From: Geosiphon pyriformis uo1
Lineage: Eukaryota > Fungi > Glomeromycota
Direction of reading: 5' to 3'
Length of the DNA stretch: 64,000 nt
NCBI GenBank assembly: GCA_016748015.1
Contig: JAAOMT010000400.1
Location: forward strand, 62,001 to 126,000
Shown: positions 63,301-64,000 of the stretch, in pieces
How positions within the stretch are numbered: position 1 is the stretch's first letter
Layout of the letters: each line of letters starts with the position of its first letter
Position numbers and translations under genes: made by a program
The notes under the pieces: model-generated
What the model saw: the letters and a program-made list of their open reading frames with translations, nothing else
Database searches by the model: none
Told to the model about the DNA's origin: nothing

Positions 63301-64000
63301 GCATAATTGGCTTCTAGTTCAGCTGTTTCGAAATCTTATGTATTGGTAACTGCATCTTGGAGAGTTTGTGGGTACATTGGGTGTATGCGTTGGAGGATGC
63401 TACTGCACAACCCACAAATGAACTGGTTTAGAATTTGTGGTGCTGTAAAATAGTTAGCTTGGATTGCTTGAATTTGGCGTAGGTTCCTGTGGAACTGTCT
63501 CAAATAAGTAGTAACTGCTTCAGTTTCCCCTTGTTTGATTGTGGTGAAGGTGTTGGCTAACTTGTTGATGCTATTATTGTTACTAAAGTACCTCAAGAAT
63601 TTGGTTTTGAATTTGTTAAAATTTTAGGGTTTGATGGCAAGACTTTGGTACCATGTATTGGCAGTGTCCTGAAGAAAATAGAGAATTGCTTGCATGGCTC
63701 TAGCATCATCCCAGTTATTGGCTGTAATTGCTTTAGCTACATCATTTAACCAGACTTGGGCATCATCTTCTTCACTGGTGAATTTATCGAGCTTTACAAT
63801 TGGTGCATATGCCATTTGTTGTTGTTGTTGCAGTATAGGCAGCTGATGAATTTGTTGAAGTGGTTGTTGGGGTGGCTGTCATATGGGTTCGGCTAGTGGC
63901 TAATTAATGATGATTCCAGAAGGTAAATTTTGTTGATTAATTAAGTTGGGGTTTTGGTCATTTTGATTTGGCTGCATTTGAAAATTTGGAGTTTTAATTT
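57313..64000 (-). mobile_element. Ty3/Gypsy element E (integrase deleted; 5' part outside the window), inserted in the LINE-b RNase H
   Basis: 3' LTR 57313-58152; PPT 58153-58168; ORF3 stub 58167-58435; IN stub 58436-58517; gag-PR(LDSGS)-ZnF-dUTPase-RT-RH from beyond 64000 to 58548. Confidence 0.93.
57930..58090. repeat. ~40-bp U3 tandem repeats with a palindromic core CACATTGCT-A-AGCAATGTG
   Basis: About four imperfect copies inside the LTR of E. Confidence 0.8.

Overview
Eukaryotic, AT-rich DNA, almost certainly fungal. The transposon proteins resemble those I recall from Glomeromycotina, e.g. Geosiphon; that assignment is an inference. One host gene, a secreted Ser/Thr-rich and probably GPI-anchored protein (2164-2709, minus), sits in a CpG-retaining island at ~1-4800. 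The rest is a nested stack of decayed retrotransposons, reconstructed here from LTR pairs and target-site duplications (TSDs). (i) A 5'-truncated LINE (APE-RT-RNaseH-CCHC) at 4827-9976. (ii) An old ORF1-only non-LTR element (minus, 10193-30797) was hit by a second copy of the same family (plus, 10259-28632); that copy was hit by Ty3/Gypsy element A (10303-26384), which was hit by element B (18505-24332). (iii) Gypsy relics at 30810-32030. (iv) A second LINE (from ~32056) was hit by Gypsy D (33236-52928, containing C at 41710-51734) and Gypsy E (57313 to beyond the window). All TE ORFs are broken, mostly by C>T/G>A changes. The five diverged Gypsy elements share an unusual design: GUG-initiated gag; a Cys-rich zinc-finger region and a dUTPase between protease and RT; integrase as a separate ORF behind a conserved stop; a conserved unknown ORF3 ending at the PPT; a covarying U5 hairpin with a palindromic UGAUCA loop; an anti-PBS hairpin; and 4-bp TSDs mostly centred on CpG.
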